A stretch of 64,000 nucleotides of DNA, from the NCBI RefSeq assembly GCF_009914755.1, contig NC_060925.1. One strand, written 5' to 3'. The position numbers and the translations under genes are program-made. Source of the stretch: the human T2T-CHM13v2.0 reference genome, Homo sapiens. Position 1 is the stretch's first letter. The number at the start of each line of letters is the position of its first letter. A model generated the notes under the pieces. That model was not told where the DNA came from. It searched no databases and saw only the letters and a program-made list of their open reading frames with translations. Positions 15,100-27,263 of the stretch are shown here, piece by piece.

Positions 15100-15990
15100 T
15101 TATTAGTAATGGTCATGGTGGAAAACTAGCATCAAGGACTGCCAGAAGTTCAAGATACTGCAAGAGTTTAAGGTATTGACAAGTGCATAAAAATAACCTA
15201 TCATGTAGATCAAGGGAATTAAGTATGACCAGAAATAGAAAGTACTTGTATACCAGAGATTGCAGCAAGAACAAAGAGATAACCCTAGGAGAATAGGAGA
15301 ATGGAAGATATGGATAATAGAGATGCTGTGATCAGAAAATGGGTATTTGTAGTCCAAGATCTGTTCATTAAGAAATGCCATAGAAAAATGATACCCAGCA
15401 AGTGACCATGTTGGTAAATTGAGCATATGGAGTAGTGACAGAAGTCTGTGGAATCAAGTAGGTCAGGAAGCAATAAAATAAATTGATTGGAGGAGTCATG
15501 AACCTGAATGTTAAAGTCACTTAATAATGGAAGTAGAAATAAAATCTAGAGAGGCTCCTGACAGTTGTAATATTTAGAAGAGGTTGAAATAAGTCAGTTG
15601 TATTGGGCTGCAAAAAATGAGCTTCAGAGTAAGACTGGCATTTTAATTATACAAAGCTGACAGTAGGATTTGAGAAAAATTCCTCGATCTTTTGTCTGAT
15701 GAAGTGTAGGAGGCTAGGGGAAACCGAAGCCCATTGGAAAGACATTTAATGGATGGAGTATTTTTAGAAGAAGACATAAATAAATTTGTCAAAGGGAAGT
15801 TGATGGGAAATTTTATACCAGTAGAGTTGAGGAGAGGGAGTAGTGAAAGTGGTTCTCTATGGATGATGGGAAGAGGCTCTAGACAAGGTGAGGAGTGAAA
15901 TAGATGTAAAAGAATGAGATCGAAGTTTAGATGGAGATCTTTATAGTGAATGGTTTGTGAAATAATCTGAGGCCTTTTGTAGGAAATGTA
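15100..15990 (-). mobile_element. Degenerate L2 fragments
   Basis: Purine-rich stretch resembling antisense L2 ORF2. Confidence 0.45.
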
Positions 15991-16499
15991 AAACATCAAG
16001 CAACAAAATGTGTTTAAAAATTACAGTTTTTCTTCCTGAAAAGTAAATAGGGAGGGAAAAAAAAGAGAAAATAAAACTCTAAAAAGCTTTTCCCAAAACT
16101 CGTAGACCAAAATGCAATTTTTTCAACATCTCAGTGAAATAGATGTTACTAATTTCTCCCACCAGGACTACAGTCATGTCCTTGACTTGAGTCAAAACAA
16201 TCCAGTGCTGTTGATAAATTGCTTTTTTCCTCCTAATTATTTAATTCTAGTAGCTCGTCTTATTTAGGAATCATGGTAGGTCTTTGGGAGTGGCAGCCAG
16301 ATTAGAAATTACATCTTTGAGAAATTTCAAGTCTATGGTTTTATTGGATATGTCTAATTCCCTTCATATGTATAACTTTTTAAAAGATAAATAAATATGA
16401 CCTATTTCAGCAAAAATGCATAACACTGTAAACATTAAACAGTTTTGAAATTCATAAAAATTATGAAAAGTCAACATAAATTGTTTATCAAATTTTAAA

Positions 16500-17545
16500 G
16501 TCATGTTTTTAAATATGTTATTTCTATACAATAAAATTTACTCTGGCCAGGCATGGTTGCTCACACCTGTGATCCCAACACTTAGGCCAAAGCAGGAGGA
16601 TCGCATGAGTTTAAGATTGGCCCTGGCAACATGGTGAAACCCTGTCTCTATAAAGTATGCAAAAAATTGGCCTGGTGTGGTGGTGTGTGCCTGTAGTCCT
16701 AGCTGCTTGAGAGACTAAGGTGGGAGAATCACTTTAGCCTGGGAGGACAACGCTGCAGTGAACCATGATCATGCCCCTGCACTCCATCCTGGGCAACAGA
16801 GTGAGACCCTGTCTCAAAAAAATAAGATTAATTCTATTTAGGTGTATGGTTCAATGAATTTTAACAAATGTATACAGTCATGTGACCATCTCCATAGTCA
16901 AGATATAGACTATTGCATCATCTCAAAGAATTCCCTTAGCCCAGTCATCCACTGACGATTACTATCCCCATTGCTTTGTCTTTTTCAAAATGACAAATAA
17001 ATGATATCATACTTTTGTGTCTGACTTCTTTTACTTAACATAATGATTTTGAAATTTATTTGTAATTTTTCAATAATCAGTACTTCATTTCCCTTTATTG
17101 CCAGGTAGTATTCCATTGTATGGCTATAACATTATTTGTTTATCTGTACCTCAGTTGATAGGCATTTGGGTTGTTTCCAGTTTTTGGCTATTATGAGTAA
17201 AGCTGGTACAAACTATGCACAAGTGTTTGTGTGAGCATATATTTTCATTTCTATTGAGTGAACCCCTAGGAGTAGTTTTCTGAGTCGTATGGTATGTATA
17301 TGTTTAACCTGATAAGAAACTTCCAAATCACTTTCCCAAAGCTATTCAAATGTGTGTTACACCAGTTCAGGTGTTCAGAGTTCAGTTGTTCTTCATCTTT
17401 GCCAGAATTTGGTTCCATCAGTTTTTTATTTTTTTCCATTTTAGCCAGTGTAGTAGAAATGGTATTTCAATTATGGCTTTAATTTATATTTCTAATGTCT
17501 AATTAGCACCTTTCCATGTATTTATTTATAATCTGTATTGCTTTA
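16500..17545 (-). mobile_element. Old L1M (L1MB/MC-like) 3' fragment interrupted by Alu
   Basis: ttcaatgaattttaacaaatgtatacag...gtagtattccattgtatgg...ggcatttgggttgtttccagtttttggctattatg. Confidence 0.75.
16545..16823 (+). mobile_element. AluJ with small internal deletions
   Basis: ggccaggcatggttgctcac...gagaccctgtctcaaaaaaa; J-type motifs (ggaggatcgc, catgatcatgcc); degenerate TSD aataaaatttactct / aataagattaattct. Confidence 0.9.
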
Positions 17546-18309
17546 TACATTAAAGGGAGAAATAATGATATAAGTTTGCAGTGTTGTTAAAACAATTAAT
17601 AGATTAGAAAGAAATAAATGAAATGATAATCATGGTTGTGCTAAGGAGGTAAAATTATGAGTTACACTTTTATCTTTATTTTCCAAATGTTCTCTAACAT
17701 TATGATGTTCGTTTTATAATTTTAAGCTGCATAAATGAAGATGTTTTGATGTAAAATGCCTTTCCAGCTAGAATAGAAACTTCTACGTTGTGTTCTTATT
17801 CACAACATATAAAACTTAGAATTTTATATGGTTTAACTGTTCTATTAGAGGTCAGATGCTTATAATATGTTTTCATCAAACTTCTAGAGTAAATGCAATT
17901 AGAAAAGAAAAAAATGTTGAAATAAGGGTGACTGAAACTGATCTTAATTTGCCTATTCCAATAGTAAAAATTAGCAATTATGAAAGTATTTAAAATAGTA
18001 TTCTATTTAATGTTTATTGAAACATCAAAATAAAATTCTTACTAAATAAAAGTATTAAAATTTCTTTGATTTGCTGATTCTTACTATGGGATAGGTAGTC
18101 ATTCAATCATTAGAGCAAATCTGAGCAGCAGATATTAGTATTATCATCTTACAAATAAGGAAATCAACTATTTCAAATTTAAGTAATTGCAAAGGTCACA
18201 TGAAAATAATTTGAAGACCTGTGATTATAAGCAAAGTCTTCTGATATCAATACATGTGCTCAACTGCTAAACTATATGAGTGTCTGGGTCTATTGTTATT
18301 CTATCTTTG

Positions 18310-18570
18310 TTGTAGTTTTTTAACTGATATATATAGATGTACATTTTGGGTGGGCACATGTGATAATTTGATACATTCATGTAATCAAATCAGGATAATT
18401 GGGATATCCATCACTTTAAATATTTATCTTTTCTTTACACTAGGGACATTCTAATTCTCTTCTGACTATTTTGAAATGTAAAATTAATTAATGTTAACTA
18501 GAGTAACCCTACTGATCTATCAAACACCATATCTCATTTGTTCTATGTAACTGTGTATTTGTACATACCA
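18310..18570 (-). mobile_element. L1MA 3' fragment
   Basis: caaatcaggataattgggatatccatcac...ctattttgaaatgtaaaat. Confidence 0.75.
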
Positions 18571-19261
18571 CTTTTAATATAAGCAATTAATGAAAGTATT
18601 TACTTAGCAGAATGAATTATTTGCTAATTTATAAAACATATATATTCTTTGAATTTTTAAATAAATCAATTACATGTGAAAAGCCACCAAGTTATTTTAG
18701 GATAGTAAAATCATTTCATTATTGAGAGTTCCTTACTTAATGTCAAAGATTAGATTTCATTGAATACTTTGCAGGAAAGTAAAGGCAACTTATGATTGTC
18801 ATCTTCATCAAGTGTATCCAGCTTGCTATGGAATATTTTCTTCCTCACAGTTCCTCATACATTTTTCTGGAAGTAATTATATTGACAAGTCAGGCCCTTT
18901 TCTCTATTAGAAACTACAAAATGTACCATAAAATTAATGATAAATAACTCCTCAATGGGAAAAGCAAGAACTAACATTTATTGAGAACCTATGTCTTAAA
19001 CTTTTAGATACATTATTTAATTTAAATTTTACAGAAACCTCATTATGTAGATAAATATTATTACCTTTTTATAGAGAGAAATGCATGAAGCCAGTATTTA
19101 AATTCCTAAGTTTCTTTCACTGTATTTCACCATATCTGATAAGGTATTTTTATTTGCTGTAGGATACATTCTCAAAAATTTAAAACATTCTTAATGCTTA
19201 GCAGTGAAGAAATTACTAGTAAATTACAGTACATCTATGGGGTGGATATGAAAGTTATAAG

Positions 19262-19380
19262 TAGAGTGACCAAGTGTCTCTGTTTGCCCAAATCATCTCT
19301 GTTTACTATTCTTGATTTGGCATATTTACTAATAGCTGCCTTTTTAACTCTCACAAATGTCCTAGTTTGAATTATAAATT
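19262..19380 (-). mobile_element. MER94-like hAT-Blackjack DNA transposon remnant
   Basis: tagagtgacca...tgtttgccc...aatagctgcctttttaactctcacaaatgtcctagtttg...ataaatt resembles the recalled consensus. Confidence 0.6.
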
Positions 19381-20768
19381 CTTTGAATATCTTTGAATAT
19401 CTTTTCTGGCAGACTCACTGACTGTATATATATGATTTTTCAAATAACATCGAATCCATTTTTCATTCTATGTTATTTTCAAAGTACAATAATGGACAGT
19501 TTAAGAGATTTTAAAAATTCCTTATCCCCAAATAATTTATAATTTTTCCCAGGAATAGAAAATTTCCAATACTAGTACAAAGTATTATTGTATAAACATT
19601 CAACTAAATCTATGAACAGAATCCTATGAGGAAAATAAAGAAGACATTAATTTTGAATCTAAGTGCAGAGTAACCATTCAATAAAAAATTCACGTTGAAG
19701 TGAGTTGAAATAAAACATAGATGTCGTTAAATAAGACATACTATGTAATCGTATTCTTAACTCCACATTTTTAAGAAGAAAAGTTCAATAGAAAATGTCA
19801 ATACATCTTTTTTTATAACCAGCCTGATAAAAACTGACTTACTTTGCATGCTGGTTTTTCATATAACCTATTTTTGCTGGTCCAGTTTTGTCACTGGAAC
19901 CTGAAAAAATGTGGTCAATTCTTAAACTCTGAAACAAAATGTTCTATGTAATAAGCCAGATTCTTCTAGGGCATAAGCATTACCAAAGAAGAAGCAAAAA
20001 AGAAGTATATTTTTGATCAAAGAAGTAGTACAATATCATTTATTACATACATATGGAGAATAGTAGACTGAGAGAAGCTGCATAGTTTTGATATATAGGA
20101 AAAATATCTGTCCCTACCAATAGAAAATTAGTATTTTAATTTAACAGTGACACTGTTAAAATAAATTATTAGATTAATGGTTTTAACATTCGTCTAATTT
20201 TACATGTATCATATTGATCATCTTTTTTGAAAAGTCATATGTAAGTAGTTGTTTTGAATTACAAGACATCAAAGATAATAGTTAAATTCCAATTGAAATG
20301 TATTTAACATCTGTGCCATTCTCATAACAACTGTCATACTATCAGGACGTGAGCTCTAATGCATTACAACAAAGTAAAACACAGAGAAAATTAATGACCT
20401 ACCATAGACTTTCATTTCTATAAGATCAAGTTCAAACCTTTGAGTTGAGTATTCAAGGACTGTAAACCCTGCCCTCTCCTGATATTCTTAAATATTAACT
20501 CTGGATACTCTCATACATAAAGTATTTGCTGCAGAACTCATCTTCTCTTTGTTACACATCTCAAGTGTTTTCTTACCTCTACATTATAAAAACCCTCATT
20601 TTTCACTTGCCTTCCTTCTCTTTCTTTTCTACTTCCATAAATCCTATGTCTCTTAAAAGCAAATTTATGGCAACATCCTCTATGAAATCATATCCACAGA
20701 ATTCAACTCCAAAATACAAACTAGAACAATATATTTACAGTGAAAATAACCAATATCAGAATAATATA

Positions 20769-20977
20769 CAGTAAGTCTTCACTTAATGCCATTGATAGGT
20801 TGTTGGAAACTGTAACTTTAAGTGAAAGGACATACAGCAGGTCTTCAAATAATGTTGTTTCCTTCAACATTATTTCATTATAATGTTGTAGAGAAGATAA
20901 AAAATTGTTCTGTTATACATAGTTTCACTTAAATTTGCAGTTTCAAAGAACCTATCAATGACATTGAGGACTTATTA
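20769..20977. mobile_element. MER6B-like TcMar-Tigger MITE
   Basis: Long imperfect terminal inverted repeats (cagtaagtcttca...cattgataggtt...gaaactg / cagtttcaaagaacctatcaatg...tgaggactta); TA at the left flank. Confidence 0.75.
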
Positions 20978-21023
20978 CTAAGAATGTATAAAGAATTGCC
21001 ATAAATCAGTATGAAAATATAAA

Positions 21024-21445
21024 TGTGTTTGTTTTAGATTCCCCAGAAGCAGACGTTTAGAAAAGAATACAGCAGTGTATTTGGGAGATAAGCCCAGGAA
21101 ATACTTGTTGAGAGTGTTTTTTCAAGCTGTTTACAGTATTTGGCCATTGGACTTTAACTTTCTGGGGAACTCTGGGTAACAGTGTAAAACACATACCAGG
21201 GTTATCAAACACAATGGGAGAGGGAGCAGAGGTATTTATATTCCTACTTGTCATTAGTTGAGTACTGTCTCTGAGAGGGACATTAATTCCATGGAACTTG
21301 GGCTACCAGGTGCATGAACAGACCAGGCTTTAGCAGCTGAAGAAAACCTTCAGACAGGAAGGAAAGGGGCAGGCAATCATGATTTGTTCCAGTGTACAAC
21401 AAAATTATAAAGGCAGGGAGTTCTCTGGTTGGGGCACCAGTAGAA
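21024..21445 (-). mobile_element. ERVL-class solo LTR (LTR16/LTR33-like)
   Basis: ttccccagaagcagac...tatttgggagata..cccaggaa terminal motif. Confidence 0.55.
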
Positions 21446-21803
21446 AAATAGGTAAAATAAGTAAACATGTATTTCACAGAAAAGGAAACAAATCTTGCTA
21501 ATAAACTTTTATTCCTAACTAATCAGCGAAATGATGATTATTACTATTTTATATTTACCAAATTGGCAAAAATGAAAAAACTAACAAAACCGAGGGTTAG
21601 GAAGGACATGGAAAAATGGTGGAACTATTTTGAATGAAATTTGGCTACATCTAGTAAACATAGACTTGCATTCCCTATGACCAATGATGTCACTTCTAAG
21701 GATATAACTTAAGTAATATTTTGTAAATGTATACTGTATGTTCAAAATTATTCACAGAAGCCAATATTTATAATAGCAAAATGAAAAACTAGAAACAACT
21801 GTA

Positions 21804-22098
<295 letters not shown>

Positions 22099-23759
22099 AG
22101 AAACGACTGTAATGTTCATTAGAAGGAAAATGTTAAATTGTTTATTCATACAGTGGAATACTATGCTATGATGGCCAATCAGTCACGTCAAAATGGATGG
22201 ATTTTTTAAATCTAATACTAATTTTTTTAAGCCTTGGGGAAATGTACACAGTGTGATTTGATTTATATAATGTTCAAAACCATGCAAAACCATACAACAT
22301 GTTTTGTTTTAGGGAATTAAATATTTGTAGTAAAGCTGTTTCAAAACAGAGTAGTAAACATGATTCAGGAATTTGTGGGGCAAATAGGAAGATGTAGACA
22401 GGGAGGGACACCCAGAAGGTTTCAAAGATACTGATTCTATTTCTTCATTCTGTTGTGGGTACACATATATTCTTTTATACGTATATGTACGTACACACAC
22501 ATACATACATACAAATGCAAATATTATATGTATATATATAAGTGTTTTATATATACATACAAGAAAGTATTGGACATAGGAAGATAAACCATGGAATAAA
22601 ACGCAGATATAATGTCCCAGGAGAAGGAAGAGAAGCAGGAAAATTGTAGTAGAAGCAAAGAAGGAGAGAACAAGCAGTGATGGCAACTGTTGCTAGGCAG
22701 CGTAGGATCCGAAATAAAATGAGGCTAATGGGATTGGAACTTAGGAGGTCAGTGGAGGCCTTGGTGAGTGCATTTTCAGTAACAGAATTGAGGTAGATGC
22801 CAGAAAACAATGACTTGAGTAGTAATCAAAAGCAATGAGTATAGGCAGATTTTTAAACAAGTAAATGCAAGGAGGAAGATAGGCTGTAATTTGAGGAGAA
22901 GGCAAATTTGAAGACTATTTAGGAGTATTTTATAAAATAACATAATCTGGACTAGACTATACATAAAGGCATTAAAATGTTTAAATAGAAATTTACTAAT
23001 AAAAAAATTAATATTCCTCTGAATATGTCTCCTGAGAAATCCTTGAGTTAAATCTTTTTACATTTAAAATAATTATTTCATCTAATTTCTAAAACTCCCC
23101 AAAGGTTATTTTCTTAATTTTTTGATGCAGTTTATAGCCTTTATGATTGTCTAATTATCTTTTCAATGTTCTTTGTCATTTTTAATAAATATGAATTAGA
23201 CCAATTTGAATCATGATTTACATACATGTTGAGCAGACATTAAAGAAATTATTAGTTAAGGGGACAACATACTCCTTCACTTTTCATACTGGGCAACTTT
23301 AGTCATCGCTGTAACAAATTGTAGACAAATTTTGATGATTAAGTGAAATAGTAACTGGATGCTCTTGCCTGACTATATATGTGAATATTCTGTTGAAAAA
23401 GGAACATTAGTTTTAAAATTACAAACAAGCCAAACAACTTGAGATTTCCATGAAAAATGTCCTGGCTAGCGTGCATAAGGTTAGGCCAGCAATAAGAGAT
23501 GATGTTGCTGATTTTAGCAGTGACATAAATCTTAGTATAGGAGAGTAGCATGGAAGTGGATAAATGCTATTTACTTTAATAACAGGCAAAATTTTCGAAC
23601 TGTAACAACATGCTCAATAAATTCTTTCATTACTGTAATACCAAAGGAGAGTTGAAAAATGTATTACATTTCTATTTTTTCTCCTCAGAGATACATATTT
23701 TTTTGTTCTGTTTCTATAGCAACATCAATGCAGTGACTAAAACTTTAACTCCTTTTTAG

Positions 23760-23849
23760 ACTACCTGATGGCTTCACACAGCTCCTAAACCTGACCCAGC
23801 TCTACCTGAATGACGCCTTTCTTGAATTTCTTCCAGCCAATTTTGGAAG
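23760..23849 (+). CDS. LRRC7: LRRC7 internal coding exon, 90 nt, phase 2 to 2; (K)[29 protein letters not shown](R)
   Basis: Acceptor ctttaactcctttttag|A, donor GAAG|gtaaga. Contains LxxLxLxxxxLxxLP motif typical of LAP-family (densin/erbin) LRRs; in frame with both neighbouring exons. Confidence 0.96.
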
Positions 23850-24009
23850 GTAAGAATAAGAAATTTAAATTATGCAATTATATCTCACCTTAGGTAAGTG
23901 CTTTACCAGTGCCAGTTGATGAGACTTCAAAAGTGTCAGTTGTGATTAAAGATAGGCCTCATTATTATTCAATAAATGAAACGCTGTTAATTAATGAAAC
24001 TTTTGCAAA

Positions 24010-24975
24010 AATATAAAGTAAAATTAGGCCTTTACATGACATTAATAGTCAAATAAATTCTAGATGAATTAAAGAGTTGGATATAAAAAAAAATAAAGCC
24101 AGAAATTATCTGAGGGAAAAAAAGGAGATGAATATTTATGGCTCTTTTGTTGAGAAATACCTTTATAGGCATAGAAGCAAAGAAAAATATCATAAATGGA
24201 TACAATACATATGATGACCTAAATACTTTTAACATAAAGTATCAGAAAATCAAAGATTTAAGGTAAAACAATCAACTGAAAAAATAGTTTCATTATATAT
24301 GAAAAACAAATTATTTATATATTTAACATAGAATTCTTACATATAAATATGAAAACAAAGATTTTAGAGAAAAATGGTCAAATTACAAGGAAAAAGCAAT
24401 TCATAATAACACATAAATGGCTGGGGAACACATAAAAAAAGTCTGTCTTCACAAATAATAAACATAATACAAGTTAAAACAATAAAAGACTGTTATGTTC
24501 CAACATATTGCAAAAAAATTTTTTAGAGTATAAGAACAGAGATGATCTCATGCTCTCTGATAGGACTGCAGAATGTTATGACCTTCATGCAGGGCAGTAT
24601 GCTTTTAAAACCTTTGAAAATATTTAACAACCATTGCCTTTGTGAATCATTTCTAGAAATGTCTATTGCCATTGTCAGATATCCCACTAGGATTTATGGA
24701 CAAGTTTATTGTTATTTACAATGTGAAAAAAGTGGAATCACACATCTGTCTAGGATATTGGTTAAATATATTATGGTTCATCTATATGATAGCACTATAT
24801 AATAATAATATTATCTTAGGGAAGTATTTTTTAAAATTCTTAAGATGTTTCCAATATGAATATGACTCTGTAAGAAATAAAAGACTGTATCTTAGAAGTA
24901 AAATTATGAATAATTTTTCTTGTCATCTTGACATGTTTTTCAATATTTTTCAGGTGTTCTACAATGAACTTTTTT
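24010..24975 (+). mobile_element. Degenerate L1ME fragments
   Basis: A-rich sequence resembling the ORF2 3' region (aaataaattctagatgaattaaagag...aaatggatacaat) and 3'UTR. Confidence 0.55.
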
Positions 24976-26309
24976 GTGCAAAAGATATATCTCAATAACT
25001 AGGACATTTTTAAGTTTACTGTCAACTGCATTTATGTAAATGATAGTCTTTGAAATTGTTCAAATAATAGACTAAGTATAGCTTGACACCAATCTGTTGA
25101 CTGAAGCTCGCACAGGACATTAAGAACTCAGTTGAATAATGAAGTCACTTAACATGTGACAGCCTCCATTTACATACTGAGAGCACATCAACCTTTCCCA
25201 GATTCCCTTACTTTTGCAGATCACGACATCACTACACTTATGAACAGCATATACTTGAGCAGTTTTAAAATTCACAGAGCATCCAAAGAGCACTGTTTGG
25301 CTTCTGAATGAATTGGCATTTCATCATTCATCCACAGAAACTAGCCTTGCCTTTCTGGTACTGACCACAGCCTTACAATATACTTTGGATTTATCAAATC
25401 AGAAAATGTTTAATTATTATCTTAAGATACATTTTTTTCTTGAATTTTTAAGTTCTCTTTAAGTAGTCCTAATGTGAGAAAAAGATTTGGGCAAGTGAAA
25501 AACATAATACCAATACCAAAACCACTTGAAAATAGAATTTAATTTTGCATAAATTGCCTACAAAAAATATGCTCTATTTTATTATTATAATCTGAAAATG
25601 TCTTTAACCATCAACTGGATAGTTTAACAAGAGGACACTTGAAATTCCTTTTAAAACCTGAGATTCTGTACTCCTAAAAGCCAAAATCAGTACAAAATAT
25701 TATACTAGTACAATTGTTGAGAAGATTTGAGACATGCAAATGTTTAAGAAATCTCCTTTACTAGCAATATACCCATGCCGTGAAGAACTGAATCACTTTA
25801 TTTCATATACAGATTAATCATTATAAGATTAAAATTAAATAAAAAGCTTGATAGGAGGCAAAAAAAAAAGAAAGGAAAGAGATCTACATGAAAACCTAAA
25901 AATACAGTAAATATGGGAGATGTAGATGAAAAACTTCAAATGGTAAAATATTTCCCCAAACATTAATGATTCAGAGAATCCAATTAATATCTGTTCTAAA
26001 GTAGCTTCATCTGAGTACATTTTAATGTTCTATATGGACAGGAATAACAATAGTGTGTCCTAGACTGCAAAACTTAACAAGTAACTAAGTGTGAAATGCA
26101 TTCCTAATCACAAATGTTACTCAAGCAAAAGAAACTCTGAATACCTCTCATTCTTTTCACATGATTTCCCCAACCCCAGCATTGTCATGGGACAGATGAT
26201 GTGACAGATTTTTACATGCATAACATTTTCATAAATGTTAAAATATGCGCCTTAGAGTCAATGAAATATGGTATATTGCAGCACTTCTCCCATTGTGTAA
26301 ATAATGAAA

Positions 26310-26555
26310 ATAATAATAGCCAATTCTTATTAAAACTTGTGATATACCAGAAATTATGCTTTACATGTATTACATTATCTAATGTTCCAAACCATATAAA
26401 TCTGATACTGCTGTCACAGATTTATGGGTAAGGAAATTGAATTAAGAGAGGTTAAGTAATTTGCCCAGTGTCAGAGAGGCAGAATATGAAAGAGTTTGGA
26501 TTTCATCCAGGTTTGTCTTCCTACAAAGTCCCATTTTTTTAACTCTATGCTATAG
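26310..26555 (-). mobile_element. MIR
   Basis: aataataatagcc...aaggaaattga..agagaggttaagtaatttgcccag. Confidence 0.75.
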
Positions 26556-26898
26556 TATTTGCTTTTTAGTTTATTTATAATCTCTTGAGAGAAATTATTG
26601 CCATATTCCAGTGAACACAGCATCTGGTATTTAGTATACATTCAATTATCTATTGAATGGATAAAATTAAACAACAAATATACCTTTATAAAACATATGA
26701 AATTTAGAAGGCTGGAATCCAAAGATATCTTTAAAATATCTCAGTTAATTTTAGGAAAATGATATTTGTCATTGCCCAGTATTGATGTAACCCTACTCAT
26801 AATCAATATATATATTTCTTTAAAATCTATAACAATAGTAAAAAAAAATTTGGACATAGCTGTTTGAATAGTGATAATGATAGTTTACCATAGTAAAA

Positions 26899-27152
26899 TT
26901 TATTTTTATTTTAATTTTTAATTATTATGGGTACATATAGTTGTATATATTTATGAGGTATGTGTGATATTTTAGTACAGACATACAATGTGTAATGATC
27001 AAATTAGGGCAATTGGGGTATCCATCACTTCAAGCTTTTATCATTTCTTTGTGTTAGAAATATTCCAATTCTACTTTTTTAGTTATTTTTAAATATACAT
27101 TATTGTTAACCATAGTAACCCTATAGTGCTACCAAATACTAGATCTTATTCA
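26899..27152 (-). mobile_element. L1MA (MA3/MA4-like) 3' fragment
   Basis: T-rich tail then gggtacatatagttgtatatatttatg...catacaatgtgtaatgatcaaattaggg...ggtatccatcac. Confidence 0.85.
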
Positions 27153-27206
27153 ATAATTTTTTAGACAGACATACTAAGAGGAAATTTTTAAAATTCATTT
27201 CTGTAG

Positions 27207-27263
27207 ACTTGTCAAATTGCGGATCTTGGAGTTAAGAGAAAATCACTTGAAAACTCTACCAAA
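27207..27263 (+). CDS. LRRC7: LRRC7 internal coding exon, 57 nt, phase 2 to 2; (R)LVKLRILELRENHLKTLP(K)
   Basis: Branch-like ctaa at about 27174, acceptor ttcatttctgtag|A, donor AA|gtaagt. Canonical LRR LxxLxLxxNxLxxLP. Confidence 0.96.

Noticed and set aside
22309-22810. Hydrophobic 125-aa and 87-aa ORFs
   Set aside because: Low-complexity TA/CA and repeat-derived sequence.
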